Source of the DNA: Eledone cirrhosa
Taxonomy: Eukaryota
Direction: 5' to 3'
Assembly: GCA_964016885.1 (NCBI GenBank)
Contig: OZ024742.1
Span: 229,896,001 to 229,960,000, forward strand
Length of the DNA stretch: 64,000 bases
The position numbers and the translations under genes are program-made. Of the stretch, positions 34,884-49,167 are shown piece after piece (the first letter of the stretch is position 1; each line of letters starts with the position of its first letter). Below the pieces are notes generated by a model that was not told the DNA's origin, did no database searches, and was given only the letters and a program-made list of their open reading frames with translations.

Positions 34884-37800
34884 GAATGCTATGGTTGACG
34901 GAGGCTCGGCTCTGTAAGGTATTGTAAATTTTGAACGCTATAACAATTGTAAATTGTTTAAAACTTTTACCAACTTGTAGACAAAAACACCCTACTCCTC
35001 GTGAGAGGGGTCTTTCTGCCCGTTATTTGGCCCTTCGGGGTTAAATAACTGCTTATTGGGGTTTTGTGCCCAATATTTATTTTAAACAAAAAAAAAAACA
35101 TGGCTACGAAAAAGAATTTTCATAGGTCACTCCCACTCATTCCGTCTTCTTCTTCCTCAATCGTCACTACAGCAGAGAGAAGATTGTCTCTCTCCCTCCC
35201 TTCTTTAAATGTGTCTCTCTCCCTCCCTTCTCTTTCGCAAGTGACGAAAGAAAAGAAAAGTCTCGTGCAAAGCGTGCAAGATTTCTCCACGACGACGATG
35301 ACAACGACGACGAAACAGGTGCGCGGGAAATACGAAAACCCATTTCATTCGTCTGACGTCAGGAATAATAGCAGTAGCAGCCGTAATAACAACAGCAACA
35401 GTGACAATGAAAACAACAGTAGCAGCCGCAACAGCATCAGCAGCAGCATAAACAACAACAGCATTAGCAGCAGCAACAACAACAACAACCACAGCAACAG
35501 CGGCGGAGGCAGTAGTCGTAGTACCTGCAACAACAATAAAAGTAACAGCAGCTCTGACGACAACAACAACAACAACAGCAGCAAAGAAAAACCAATCTCG
35601 TTTTCAGGTATCGCGAAGAACCTGGAAACAATCCTCATAACAAATGAGGAATTAGAGGAAGCGAAGAAGATGGTGACAAAAACCGGACACCGAGCAATCT
35701 GCAAGGCAGCGGAAACATTTTTCGAAACCCAACAGCACTGTACGGTCACGTACCGTACAGTAAGTACAAAATCCCGTAGGGTGGAAAGAGCCACAGAGGC
35801 TCAAATACAAAAAGCCTTGGGGTCTGTGTGGCAGCGGAAAACACACATCACCCGAGGAAAAAAATATGCCACCGTAGACGTACTTTTTGCCACACCCCAG
35901 GAGGCAAAGGCTCAATCCGTAGTAACCCTAAGGAGCGAGGAAATGGTGTTGGTGCCCTCCTACTGCGGGCAAAAAATTGTGAGGGTCAAACTGACCCACG
36001 TCCCCCCCGGGATGGCCCCTTCTTGGCTGGCCGCGTCTGTCCTCGTCGGAATCGAGGACAAAACAACTGTACTGCAAGTACAGAAAAAAGTAAGAGAAGA
36101 TTGGGTCGGCACCTCCATTGAGATGTTAATCCAAACCAACCAGGAGTGCATCGAAGCTATCCCGGATGTGATAGACTTCGATAACGGCACTCAACTGCCC
36201 ATAAATGTTGAGGGCAAACGCCCGAAATGCTTTCGCTGTGGATCGAAGACTCACCTCAGGGCCTTCTGCAACGAGAAGACCCTGAGAAAAGAGAAAACCC
36301 CCGTCCTTCCGAAACCGGCTCCATGGCTACCAGCAACAGGACAAGCGACTACCAGGAACGATAGGTCCGTGGCACCCATACCCACGCCACGGAAATCAAA
36401 AACAGCAGCAGCAGTGGAAGTATTAACAGCAACAACAGCAATACCAAATGCAGCTGCAACAGAGACTCCAGTGCAAACATCACCAACAACAACAAGTGAA
36501 AGAGTGGAGCTGGTATCTCTCCCCGACCTCACAGAATCAGACATGTAGTGTGAGGTGGGAGAGGGATGGCAAAAGGTCGTAAGAAGGCACAAACGCAGAA
36601 GCAGCGCATCGTCGCCTTTGAAAATGGAGGTAAGAAATGAAAAAAGGGTAAAGTCTACTGCAAAGAGACTCACAGCAGCAACACCACCTACACCATCACC
36701 ACCCACACTAGCACCACCATCACCACCGGCGACAACCCGACCGCCAACAATAACAACACCTTCAACACCACCACCACAAGCACCAACATCGCAAACACAA
36801 CAACAAAACACACACACACCCAGCAAAAACGACAAGAAAATAGCAGAACCACACCCCGCCCCCAGAAAAACAAATGCACGGCAATAAATACACACAAGAA
36901 ACTAATGACTTACATAATTGAACACACAGACATTTCACAACACGACTACATAGTACCAGCACCAATCAAAACGCCAACTAACATAAGACTGCTAAAAATA
37001 GCACAGAAACAATACACAAATATTAAAACGAAATTCCCCAACGCAGTTGGTGATTTCAGAGACCTAGGAGGAACTATCAACCGAAGAGTATATTCAGACG
37101 ATCAAGTGAAAAGGGATGTAAAAACCATCCCTCCTCTACGAAAAGTACGGTAAGTGGTCTTTCCCAACTTTTCCACTCTATTTTAAACATGACCTCACTC
37201 AGAATAGGCAGCATAAATGCGCGTGGCTTGGGGTTGTCATGGAAGCAGGGTCACCTGCTCAATGACCTCAGGTCACTAAACATAGATGTAGTGGCCATCA
37301 GCGAGACCAGAATCTCCGAAGCACGGGCCTTCGCACCGATCTTCGGCGGCTACGATGTGTACGCATCTCCCAGCCGTCCTGGATCGGGGGGAGGAGTTGC
37401 TGTGCTTTTTCGGAGAGGTTTGGATCTCGCCATACGGGCCATCTTCCTGGACCCAGAGGGTAAGTTGGTGGTGCTGGACGTGACCAGCGGAGACGAGCAA
37501 GCTTTCAGGCTAGTGGCCGTCTATGCACCGACAGGAGCAGGGCGGCCTGATTTCTTCCGGCGTCTGGAGACCTTTCTTGGAACGTCCCGCTCTTTAGTGT
37601 TAGTGGGCGACTGGAACGGGATCTTAGATGCACGCTGGGACTGTGTGGGATTAGCGGATAGGGGTGGAGGGTGCAAGAGCCTCTCCAACCTGCTCAGGCG
37701 TTTTGAACTGTCTGACAGATACCGATTGGATTTCCTGAATGTCCCAATGTGGACTTGGACAAATCGCATAGGGTCATCCAGATCATATCTAGATAGAGTA

Positions 37801-40800
37801 TTTTGTAGGGAAATACATAGGTCTAGCATAGGCTGTCCACAATTCAAGATAGTCAGCTACACGGACCACAAATTCGTGATCTGTGTGCTTGACTTAGATA
37901 GGCTTCATAGACGAGGACCCGGCTACTGGAAGCTAAACGCGTCCTTACCAGCGCACAAGGCCTACAGAGACCGGATTAGCGAACTAGTTAAGCGGGCGTT
38001 GACGGGGGCCATCGTCAACAACAAGTGGTGGTTTACTCTGAAAAGAGCGATTAGAATAGAATCCATTAGGTTTAGTAAGGCTTTAGCAATAGAGAAAAAT
38101 AGAGCAGAGGGAGAACTAGTTAGAAAATTAGACGAGGCGCTTAGCAAAGGCATTGCGACCGACGTGCTTGCGGCGAAATTGGCCCTTGACCAATTCTTCA
38201 ATGCAAAGCACGAAGGCTGCGTTGTTAGAGCAAGGGTGCGTGCTCTCAGACACGAGGGGACGAAAGCCGTTCAATGAGCCCGAGTGGCGGAGGCGCGTCG
38301 TGGCAACAAAGCCACGATCCGGTCTTTGGTGGACCACGACGGACGCATGCTACTCGATCCCGGGCAAAAGTGTGAAGCTTTTCAACGACACTTCGCTCAG
38401 CTGTTCGGGGGCAGCGGTGGGCCGGGTAGAGGGATGGACTTTAGTGTCTACCTCGACGGACTGCCGCGGCTCTCGGCTACTGAGGCGAAGTGTTGCGAAA
38501 AGCCGATAACAGCCGCTGAAGTAAGGGAGGCAATGACTGGCTGCACAAGGGGTAAATCGCCTGGTTTGGATGGTCTGCCCTATGAACTTTACGTACAGAT
38601 GCCAGACTTGTTCGGAGGCCGCTTGGCGGACGTCTACTGCAACTGGCAACAGAACGGGAGAATTCCCAGTTCTGTGAGCCGAGGAGCGGTGGCACTGCTG
38701 AGAAAGGATCCGAACAAGGGGGATAACATAGATAATTTCCGGCCCATATCTCTGCTAAACACAGAGTTCAAGATTTTGGCCAAGGTGCTAGCAAAGAGGT
38801 TGGCGCTTGTCGTCGGTGGTCTGGTGGGAGAGGCGCAGACATGCGCCATTCCCGACAGATCCATCCACGACAACCTCCACCTCATGCGATACATCGTAGA
38901 GAGGGTAGCTAGGGAACCTGGCACGGGTGGGTCCTTGATCAATTTAGATCAGTCGAAAGCTTTCGATAGGGTCGACCATCGTTACCTAGCGGCAGTCCTG
39001 AGGGCGGCTGGCTTTGGGCCCGTCTTCAGAGGCTGGATCGCTGCCATGCACAGCGACATCTGCTCTGTGGTGAGAGTGAACGGTCACCTGTCGGAACCGT
39101 TCAACATCATGCGCTCGGTCCGCCAAGGATGTCCCCTCTCGTCCCTCTTGTACGTATTGACTCTCGAGCCATTACTGCACAAACTGGAGACGTTGAGGGG
39201 CATCCCGCGCGAACTAGGATGCGGAAGATCCGTGTCAGCATATGCGGACGATGTCACCGTAGTGGTGTCGAACGCCAAACACATCGAGGCTATCGGCACT
39301 ACACTAAGGGAATAGGAAGCGGTGACAGGAGCAATGATCAACCAGGAAAAGTCAGTGGGCCTGCAGCTCGGCACGTGGAGAGGCAGGTCCATGCCGTCCA
39401 ACAGCGTTGTCAGACGCTGGACGGACGGACCGGTTAAATTGCTAGGGGTCTGGTTCGGTCCGGACCTCCAGACGGACAAAAACTGGGACGAGGTGACGAG
39501 CAGGGTGGCTTCTCTCACCCAGAAATGGGCGGAGAGGAAGCTATCCCTGAAAGGTCGAGCGGAGGTGGCTAACGCGTACATCGCGTCTGTCATCTGCTAC
39601 CACCTGACCGTCATACCTTGTCCTAAGCCTCGCCTGACTGCGCTGGAGCGTTTGCTCTTTCGCTTTTTGTGGAAGGGACGCGCTCCGATGGTCAGGGTTC
39701 CATCTGTTGTCAACACCCGCTACGTGGAGGGCTGGGCATGCCGTGGCTGATGATGCGCTGGCACGCGCTCAGGCTACGACATATCCACCTCTTCCTCGAC
39801 CGTGATCAGGTGTGGTCGCCGTTTGCTAGACACGTATTTCCCCAGCTCGTTTCCTTGACGGAGCTGCAGTCCTGGGTCAAGCGAAGACCGAGAGGGAGCG
39901 CTTGGAGACTGGAATGTCTTCAGGCGCTCACAGCCCTCGAACAATCGGGCAATGTGATCGGTGGAAACTCCACCTTGGCGTTCTATAGAGGATTAGTGGA
40001 GGGGAAGAGCGACGACGTACTTGGAGAAACTCTAGGCGTCGACGAAAATCAACTAGCCAATCTCTTCGGAAGGACTTTCGGGCCGGGGCCTATGGACAAC
40101 TTCCAGAAATCCCTGGCCTGGCAGTGCTACCGGGGAGCTTTGCCAGTTCGAAATACACTCTACAAGCATGGATGTGCAGTCAGCCGGGCATGTCCGAGAT
40201 GCGCGCAGGTCGACGAAACCGTCCTGCACGCACTAGCCCAGTGTCCGAAAATTGCTGACTTGTGGATTTATGTCGAACACCTACTGTCGCGTTTAGGACG
40301 TATCCGGCTATCATCTGAGTCCATCGTGAGGATTGCCCCGCCCTCCTCCTTTAGCCGGGAAGGGCAGGCAGTTTTTATCTGTCTGGTGGCCATGGCGAAA
40401 GAGATAGTATGGTGGACACGTTTGAAAGGGCTGAAGACGAGCACTTACCTCTTCAGTGATGCTCTGACTGACTTTTTCAAATTTCATTTGAAAAGGAAAA
40501 TCAGAGTAGAGAGGGAAGTGCTCTCTTCCCAGCATTTTGTTGAAAGATGGGTGAGAGAAGCAAGAATGGCCCGAGTGAATGGGCCTACTCTGAGCATATA
40601 TCTGTAAATTAAAGGTGGAAAACTGGGAGAGGGCACTTGCCTTGGTGGTAAGGGTCTTTGTGGCTTTTTACTGGGCTTTCTCCACAAATGTCCCTCGGAA
40701 GTCTCCCCCCTATTGGGGAAATTTTCATTGTTATTTTTTGTTACATCCTCTGTTTTTGTTTTTTACACGCAGAAATGCCCATTTGTACCGTCCTGCATTG

Positions 40801-40855
40801 TGCTGCACTGTCCTTAATGTCTACTTTATGTAAACCCTTGTGGTTAATAAAGAAA

Positions 40856-40857
<2 letters not shown>
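34884..40857 (+). mobile_element. Full-length Tx1 copy D (inactivated)
   Basis: Near-identical to copy C. ORF1 35100-37153 and ORF2 37189-40607 with stops at 36548, 38277 and 39315 plus frameshifts. (ATT)n on both sides. Confidence 0.95.
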
Positions 40858-40890
<33 letters not shown>

Positions 40891-43800
40891 GGCGACCTAC
40901 GTAGTAAATCGTATCATCGTGAGCTCCGCAAAGGTTTGTTATTTCCGTTTGTTAAAAATTGCCATTTATGGAAAATTTTATTGTTAACTGTTTATAAGCA
41001 CACATACATTGTTTTCCGAAAAGGACACCCAAAAAGATTGGGGCCTTGTGCCCAAAAATTTAACTTTTATTATTATCCAAAAATTTCTTTGAAAAAAAAA
41101 TGGCTAATTCCCCTCTGCACGAAGCAGCTGAAAGCCTTCCTCACAAAATAACACCTCACACCGACACCACCATTGTAAATGTTACTACGTTTGCCAACAC
41201 AAAAAAAAATATAAGCAGTAGCAATATTTTAAATTTGTCTCAGGCAGACATTTATTTCCCGCCATTACCAATGACTGCAGGTGTAAAAGCCTCCACCACT
41301 ACCACCACCGCGACAACCACCACCCCCACCACCACCGCGACAACAGAAACAAAAGAAGAAAAAAATAAATTAACTCGTGATGTCGAAATGAAATTAAGCA
41401 AAATGGACTCTTCCGCACCAAAGACGACTGACGTCACCACCACCACAACTGAAACTATAATTAATATTAACACAAATAACGATAGCAACAACAACAACAA
41501 TGACATTATAAAACCGACCCTCAGTTTCGCCATAGTGGCAAAACAATTCGAAGCATTCACGGTATCTCAAGAGGATTTAGAAAATACCAAACAAATGGTA
41601 AAGAAAGATGGGTTCAGGGTCAGCCTCACCCCCCCCCCCTAATAAAATGGAGCATCGGCGCCTATGCACCGTGTCGTATAGAACAATAAATGTAAAATCG
41701 CGCCGAGTGGAACGGGCATCCGAGTCCCAAATCCAAAAAGCTTTGGGACATGTGTGGGCAAGAAAAACCCACATCAGACGTGGGCAAAAGTATGGAACCG
41801 TGGATGTGTTCTTTGAAACACCAGAGGAGGCTAGAGAACACTCCATGGCCCCATTAAAAAGTGACGACTTCACACTCGTCCCAAGCTATTGTGGCCAGAG
41901 ACTCGTAAAGATCAGAGTGACCCACGTTCCACCGGCCATCGAAATTCCCTGGCTAATAGCGGCTGTCCTCGCCGGCATCGAAGCCAACACGAAAATAATA
42001 GCAATAGCAAAAGAAAAGCAGGAAAACTGGTCCGGATCTGGGATGGAGCTCCTAATCCAAGCGGACCAAAAAAGCATTGAGGAGATCCCAGAGGTAATAG
42101 ACCTCACTGACGGCAGCCACCTCACGGTAATTGTCGAGGGCAGAAGACCTAGGTGTGTCGTTTGTGGTGAAGGAACCCACCTAAGGGCTTTCTGCCCTCA
42201 GGCTAAAAGGTTGAGGCCACCTCTCCTACCCACCCCAGTGACACAACCATCAACACCACCAGTAGCAGAGATGGCAACAACAACTGTAGCAGCAACAACA
42301 GAAGCAACTATAACAGCAACAACCCCAGCAACAGTAGCAAAACCAACACCACTACCACCACCAGCAAAACCAACACCACCACCACCCAACGCTTCAGAAC
42401 TAGCACCAGCGCCTACACCATCCACCACACCACAACCAAAACTAACGGCTGTGGAGGATTTTCCACTCCCCGGCCTATCACAACTGGAGACAGATTGTGA
42501 CGACGAGGAGTGGGAAACGATATCCGGAAAAAAAAAAGAAACCAAAAAAGAAAAAATTCTCTTCCTTCCCCCTCCAAAAACAAAATACAGAGGGAAACAA
42601 ATAAACTAAGAAACAAAAAAGTTAGGACAGATATGCCACCATCCACACCAGCATCACCAACCCCATCAACCCAAACACCAACACCATCACCATCATTAAC
42701 TCCAACACCACCATCACCTACACCACAAAAGTCACCAAAATGCGAAACAGAAACAAACCCACAACAAACGCAAACAAAACAAAACAACCAAAACGATACA
42801 CACTACACAGCATTAAATTTGAACAACAAGCAATTATTACACTACATCCAACAGAACACCAGCATCACAGAAAAAGACTACACAACAACCCCAAAATTCA
42901 CACCACCTCCACACATACAAATCACTCGCATCACACAGAAAACGTACATGACACTAAAACAAAAATTCCCCAAAGACATCGGAGACTTCCGACAAGCACT
43001 CTCCAGGAGGATTTATAAGGACATCCTTCCTGAGGAGGCCACAAGCAGTGAAAAGGATGGAAAAGCCGTCCTTCCCCTACGAGAAGTAAGGTAAGTGGTC
43101 TTTCCCATCTTTTCCACTCCTTTTCAACATGACCTCACTCAGAATAGGCAGCATAAATGCGCGTGGCTTGGGGTCGTCATGGAAGCAGGGCCACCTGCTC
43201 AACGACCTCAGGTCACTAAACATAGATGTAGTGGCCATCAGCGAGACCAGAATCTCCGAAGCACAGGCTTTCGCACCGATCTTCGGCGGCTACGATGTGT
43301 ACGCATCTCCCAGCCGTCCGGGATCGGGGGGAGGAGTTGCTGTGCTTTTTCGGAGAGGTTTGGATCTTGCCATACGGGCCATCTTCCTGGACCCAGAAGG
43401 TAAGTTGGTGGTGCTGGACGTGACCAGCGGAGACGGCCAAGCTTTCAGGTTAGTGGCCGTCTATGCCACGACAGGAGCAGGGCGGCCTGATTTCTTCCGG
43501 CGTCTGGAGACCTTTCTTGGAACGTCCCGCTCTTTAGTGTTAGTGGGCGACTGGAACGGGATCTTAGATGCACGCTGGGATTGTGTGGGATTAGTGGATA
43601 GGGGTGGAGGGTGCAAGAGTCTCACCAACCTGCTCAGACGTTTTGAACTGTCTGACAGGTACCGAATGGATTTCCCGAATGTACCAATGTGGACTTGGAC
43701 AAATCGCATAGGGTCATCCAGATCATATCTAGATAGAGTATTTTGTAGGGAAATAGATAGGTCTAGCATAGGCTGTCCACAATTCAAGATAGTCGGCTAC

Positions 43801-46727
43801 ACGGACCACAAATTCGTGATCTGTGTGCTTGACTTAGATAGGCTTCATAGACGAGGACCCGGCTACTGGAAGCTAAACGCGTCCTTACCAGCGCGCAAGG
43901 CCTACAGAGACCGGATTAGCGAACTAGTTAAGCGGGCGTTGACGGGGGCCATCGTCAACAACAAGTGGTGGTTTGCTCTGAAAAGAGCAATTAGAATAGA
44001 GTCCATTAGGTTTAGTAAGACTTTAGCAATAGAGAAAAATACAGCAGGGGGAGAATTAGTTAGAAAATTAGATGAGACGCTTAGCAAAGGCATCGCGACC
44101 GACGTACTTGCGGCGAAATTGGCCCTTGACCAATTCTACAATGCAAAGCACGAAGGCTGCGTTGTCAGAGCTAGGGTGCGTGCTCTCAGACACGAGGGGA
44201 CGAAAGCCGTATAATGGGCCCGAGTGGCGGAGGCGCGTCGTGGCAACAAGGCCACGATCCGGTCTTTGGTGGACCACGACGGGCGCATGCTACTCGATCC
44301 CGGGCAGATGTGTGAAGCCTTTCAGCGACACTTCGCTCAGCTGTTCGGGGGCAGCGGTGGGCCGGGTAGAGGGATGGACTTTAGTGTCTACCTCGAGGGA
44401 CTGCCGCGGCTCTCGGCCACTGAGGCGAAGTGTTGCGAAAAGCCGATAACAGCCGCTGAAGTAAGGGAGGCAATGACTGGCTGCACAAGGGGTAAATCGC
44501 CTGGTTTGGATGGTCTGCCCTATGAACTTTACGTACAGATGCCAGACTTGTTCGGAGGCCTCTTGGCGGACGTCTACAGCAACTGGCAACAGAACGGGAG
44601 AATTCCCAGTTCTGTGAGCCGAGGAGCGGTGGCACTGCTGAGAAAGGATCCGAACAAGGGGGATAACATAGATAATTTCCGGCCCATAACTCTGCTAAAC
44701 ACAGAGTTCAAGATTTTGGCCAAGTGCTTACAAAGAGGTTCGCGCTTGTCGTCGGTGGTCTGGTGGGAGAGGCGCAGACATGCGCCATTCCCGACAGATC
44801 CATCCACTACAACCTCCACCTCATGCGATACATCGTAGAGAGGGTAGCTAGGGAACCGGGCACGGGTGGGTCTTTGATCAATTTAGATCAGTCGAAAGCT
44901 TTCGATAGGGTCGACCATCGTTACCTAGCGGCAGTCCTGAGGGCGGCTGGCTTTGGGCCCGTCTTCAGAGGCTGGATCGCTGCCATGCACAGCGACATCT
45001 GCTCTGTAGTGAGAGTGAACGGTCACTATTCGGAACCGTTCAACATCATGCGCTCGGTCCGCCAAGGATGTCCCCTCTCGTCCCTATTGTACGTATTGAC
45101 TCTCGAGCCATTACTGCACAAACTGGAGACGTTGAGGGGGGTCCCGCGCGAACTAAGATGCGGAAGATCACTGTCAGCATATGCGACGATGTCACCGTAG
45201 TGGTGTCGAACGCCAAACACATCGAGGCGATCGGCACTACACTAAGAGAATACGAAGCGGTGACAGGAGCAATGATCAACCAGGAAAAGTCAGTGGGCCT
45301 GCAGCTCGGCACCTGGAGAGGCAGGTCCATGCCGTCCAACAGCGTCGTCGGGCGCTGTACGGACGGACCGGTTAAATTGCTAGGGGTCTGGTTCGGTCCG
45401 GACCTCCAGACGGACAAAAACTGGGACGAGGTGACGAGCAGGGTGGCTTCTCTCACCCAGAAATGGGCGGAGAGGAAGCTATCCCTGAAAGGTCGAGCGG
45501 AGGTGGCGAATGCGTACATCGCATCCGTCATCTACTACCGCCTGACCGTAGTACATTGTCCTAAGCCCCGCCTGACTGCGCTGGAGCGTTTGCTCTTTCG
45601 CTTCTTGTGGAAGGGACGCGCTCCGATGGCCAGGCGGTCCAGCTGCTGTCTACACCCGCTACGTGGAGGGCCGGGCATGCCGTGGTTGATGATGCGCAGA
45701 CACGCGCTCAGGCTACGACATCTCCACCTCTTCCTCGACGGTGATCAGGTGTGGTCGCCGTTTGCTAGACGCGTTTTTCCCAGCTCGTTTCCTTGACGGA
45801 GCTGCAGTCCTGGGTCAAGCGAAGACCGAGAGGGAGCGCTTGGAGACTGGAATGTCTTCAGGCGCTCACAGCCCTCGACCAATCGGGCAATGTGATCGGT
45901 GGAAACTCCACCTTCGCGTTCTATAAGGGATTAGTGGAGGGGAAGAGCGACGACGTACTTGGAGAAACTCTAGGCGTCGACGAAAATCAACTAGCCAATC
46001 TCTGCGGAAGGACTTTCGGGCCGGGGCCTATGGACAACTTCCAGAAATCCCTGGCCTGGCAGTGCTACCGAGGAGCTTTGCCAGTTCGGGATAAACTCTA
46101 CAGGCATGGAGGTGCCGTCAGCCGGGCATGTCCGAGATGCACGCAGGGCGACGAAACCGTCCTGCACGCACTCGTCCAGTGTCCGAGCATTGCTGACTTG
46201 TGGGTTTATGTCGAACACCTGCTGTCACGTGTAGGACGGATCCGGCAGTTTTTATCTGTCTGGTGGCCATGGCGAAAGAGATAGTATGGTGGACACGTTT
46301 GAAAGGGCTGAAGACGAGCACTTACCTCTTCGGTGATGCCCTGATTAACTTTTTCAAATTTCATCTGAAAAGGAAAATCAGGGTAGAGAGGGAAGTGCTC
46401 TCTTCCCAGCAATTTGTTGAAAGATGGGTGAGAGAAGCAAGTATGGCCCGAATGAATGGGCCTTCTCTGAGTATGTGTCTGTAAATTAAAGGTGGAAAAC
46501 TGGGAGAGGGCACTTGCCCTGGTGGTCAGGGCCACTGTGGTCTTTTAATGGGCTTTCTCCACAAATGTCCCTCGGAAGTCTCCCCCCTATTGGGAAATTT
46601 TTCTTTGCTATTTTATTTCATCCTCTGTTTTTTTTACACGCAGAAATGCCCATTTGTACCGTCCTGTATTGTCCTGTACTGTCCTTAATGTCTACTTTAT
46701 GTAAACCCTTGTGGTTAATAAAGAAAA

Positions 46728-46728
<1 letters not shown>
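40891..46728 (+). mobile_element. Full-length Tx1 copy E: variant 5' UTR/ORF1 on a C/D-type ORF2
   Basis: ORF1 41100-43094 is diverged (CVVCGEGTHLRAFC). ORF2 43129-46484 and the 3' UTR are near-identical to C but disrupted. Confidence 0.93.
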
Positions 46729-46779
<51 letters not shown>

Positions 46780-49135
46780 GTTCTTTGAGTCTCAGTCATT
46801 GATGTTAGTTAACTGGAAATTTTGTTGAAATGAATATCAATCCACTACCTGCAGCCTCAGATATTCAGGACGTATCGGAGGGTTCTTGCTGTTTCCAGCA
46901 AGCATGCCTTTGAAGCGTTCCAAAAAGCGTGGCGGGGCCAATTTTCATTAACCATACCTGGAAACATTTTGAGATAGTACCTAGTGCACCTATGACAATT
47001 GGGACCACTTTGATTTCATGGCAGTTCCAAATCCTTTTTACCTCCCATTTTAAGTCCTGGTATCGGTTAATTTTCTCCCGCTCCTTCTCTTGCAATCTCG
47101 TGTCGAATGGGCAGGCCACATCCACAATCAGGCACGATCTTTTTTCTTTGTCCAAAACCACCAGGTCAGGTCTATTCTGTTCCAGTTTCTTGTCCGTCGG
47201 TATGCTAAAATCCCACAGCACCTTCAACTGATCGTTTTTTATCACCGACTCTGGCTTATGCTCATACCACTTCTCAGAATGTGGTAAATTATTTACTTTG
47301 CATGTGGCAGTGGATCACCCTCCCAATCACATCATGTCTCCAGCCCTTATAGTGAGTCTGGGCTAGGTGTTTACACTCGGATACAATGTGAGCCACAGTC
47401 TACTCTCTCTCTCTCTCCACAGATCCTGCACAGTGGGCTAGCATCCTCCTTGTAAATATGGTGTTTCAACCACTTCGTTTTGAGGGCCTGCTCTTGCGCA
47501 GCCATTAGCATTCCTTCTGTAGTCTTTTTAAGGTCTCCTCTTTTCAACCAGTTCCATGTCTGTGGATCTCTGAATTTAGTTTTCTCAAAGAAGGTACTAC
47601 GAAGGGATTTTTCCTGAAGGCTGCTCTTCCTCCTTGTTGTCATTTCCTCCTTGGAAATCCCTTGGTCTATTGTCCTCTCCTTCAGTACAATTTTGAGCAT
47701 TGGCACCTTACTATCAGTCACGTATTTGAGTAGGTTGTTTTTCTCCATCTGAACACAGTCCTCTATGCTGATAAGACCTCTTCCACCTTCAGATCTCCTT
47801 AAGTAGAGTCTATCGTCATCACTCCTCTTGTGGAACATGTTGTAGATAGTCAATAGCTTCCTAGTCTTCCTATCCATTTCTTTTTGTTCAGCAACATTCC
47901 ATCTCAGAATTCCCGCACTGTACCTAATAATAGACACAGCTGGGGAATTTACTGCACTTATGGCATTCCTACTGTTCAGATGTGACTTTATTACGCTCCT
48001 TACTCCCCGAATGTATTCAGATCTTATCAATTCCTTCATTTTTTTTGTTCTTGATGTCATCAGCCTCCAGAACGCCCAAATACTTGTATTCTTCTTCAGT
48101 GTCAATTTCCTTTATCATCTCACCTGTTGGTACCTGGATTCCGTTGCTTCTGCTCAATTTTCCTCCACTTCATCACAAGGACTCCACACTTACTAATACC
48201 AAATTGCATACATATATCATTGCTGAAAATACGGACAGTGTCAACAAGCACATCCAACTCCTTCTCACTCTTCCCGAAGAGCTTAAGATCGTCCATGAAA
48301 AGGAGGTGATTGATGGTAAGCCCTCCCTTTCACAACTTGTATCCTGCCCTCACTTTTCGCAGTATAATGGTCAGGGGCATCAGGTCAAGGACAAACAACA
48401 GAGGGGACAGACTATCTCCCTGGAAGATACCTCTCTAGATCTTCACGCCTCCCAAGGATTCTCCAGCTGATGTTAACTCTGTTTTCCAGGACTTCATACT
48501 TTTGCCCAACAACTGTCTGATGTTATCTTCCACCTTGAAGATCTCCAGGCTTTTGGTGATCCAAGAATGAGGCACCATGTCAAATGCCTTTTTGTAGTCT
48601 ATCCATCTCATGGCAAGACCAGTGTGTCTCCTCTTGCAATTCCTCATTACCATCTTATCAATAAGTAACTGGTCCTTTGTACCACGGGACTTCTTTCGGC
48701 ATCCTTTCTGTTCGTCCGGTAACAAGTTGTTTGTGTGGAGGTGATGGTAGATTTCCTCAGACATAATTCTTGTCAAGTTTACACATTACGGACAGACATG
48801 TGATAGGTCTATAGTTGGTAACATCATTACCCTTGATTCGGTCTTTCATTACCAGAACTGTGGTACCTTTTGTCAACCACTCTGGTACTTCACCTGACAT
48901 CAAGCAGTCATTGAACATGGTTGTCAGTTTCGGGTGGAGGGATGTTACATTTTTAATCCAATACCCCTGCACACCATCTGGGCCGGTGATTTCCAGCTGG
49001 TTATTTATTTCTTTTTTTAGGCCTGCCCCTTGATAGTTTCAACTGTGATACTCAAATCAGTTTGTTCGTGTGTCTGTTCACTAATCTCCTTCTGTACTGT
49101 CTCAATCCACACTGCCAGGTCATTATGTTTAACAT
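46780..49135 (-). mobile_element. Dong copy, 5'-truncated, degenerate
   Basis: RT and RLE fragments collinear with copy 2; ATT tracts at 46729-46779 and 49139-49167. Confidence 0.92.
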
Positions 49136-49167
49136 AACATTATTATTATTATTATTATTACTATTAT

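Noticed and set aside
38275-44214. Stops at nearly the same ORF2 position in copies D and E as programmed readthrough
   Set aside because: They are different adjacent codons (W>TGA at 38275, Q>TAA at 44212) and copy C is open, so they are independent mutations.
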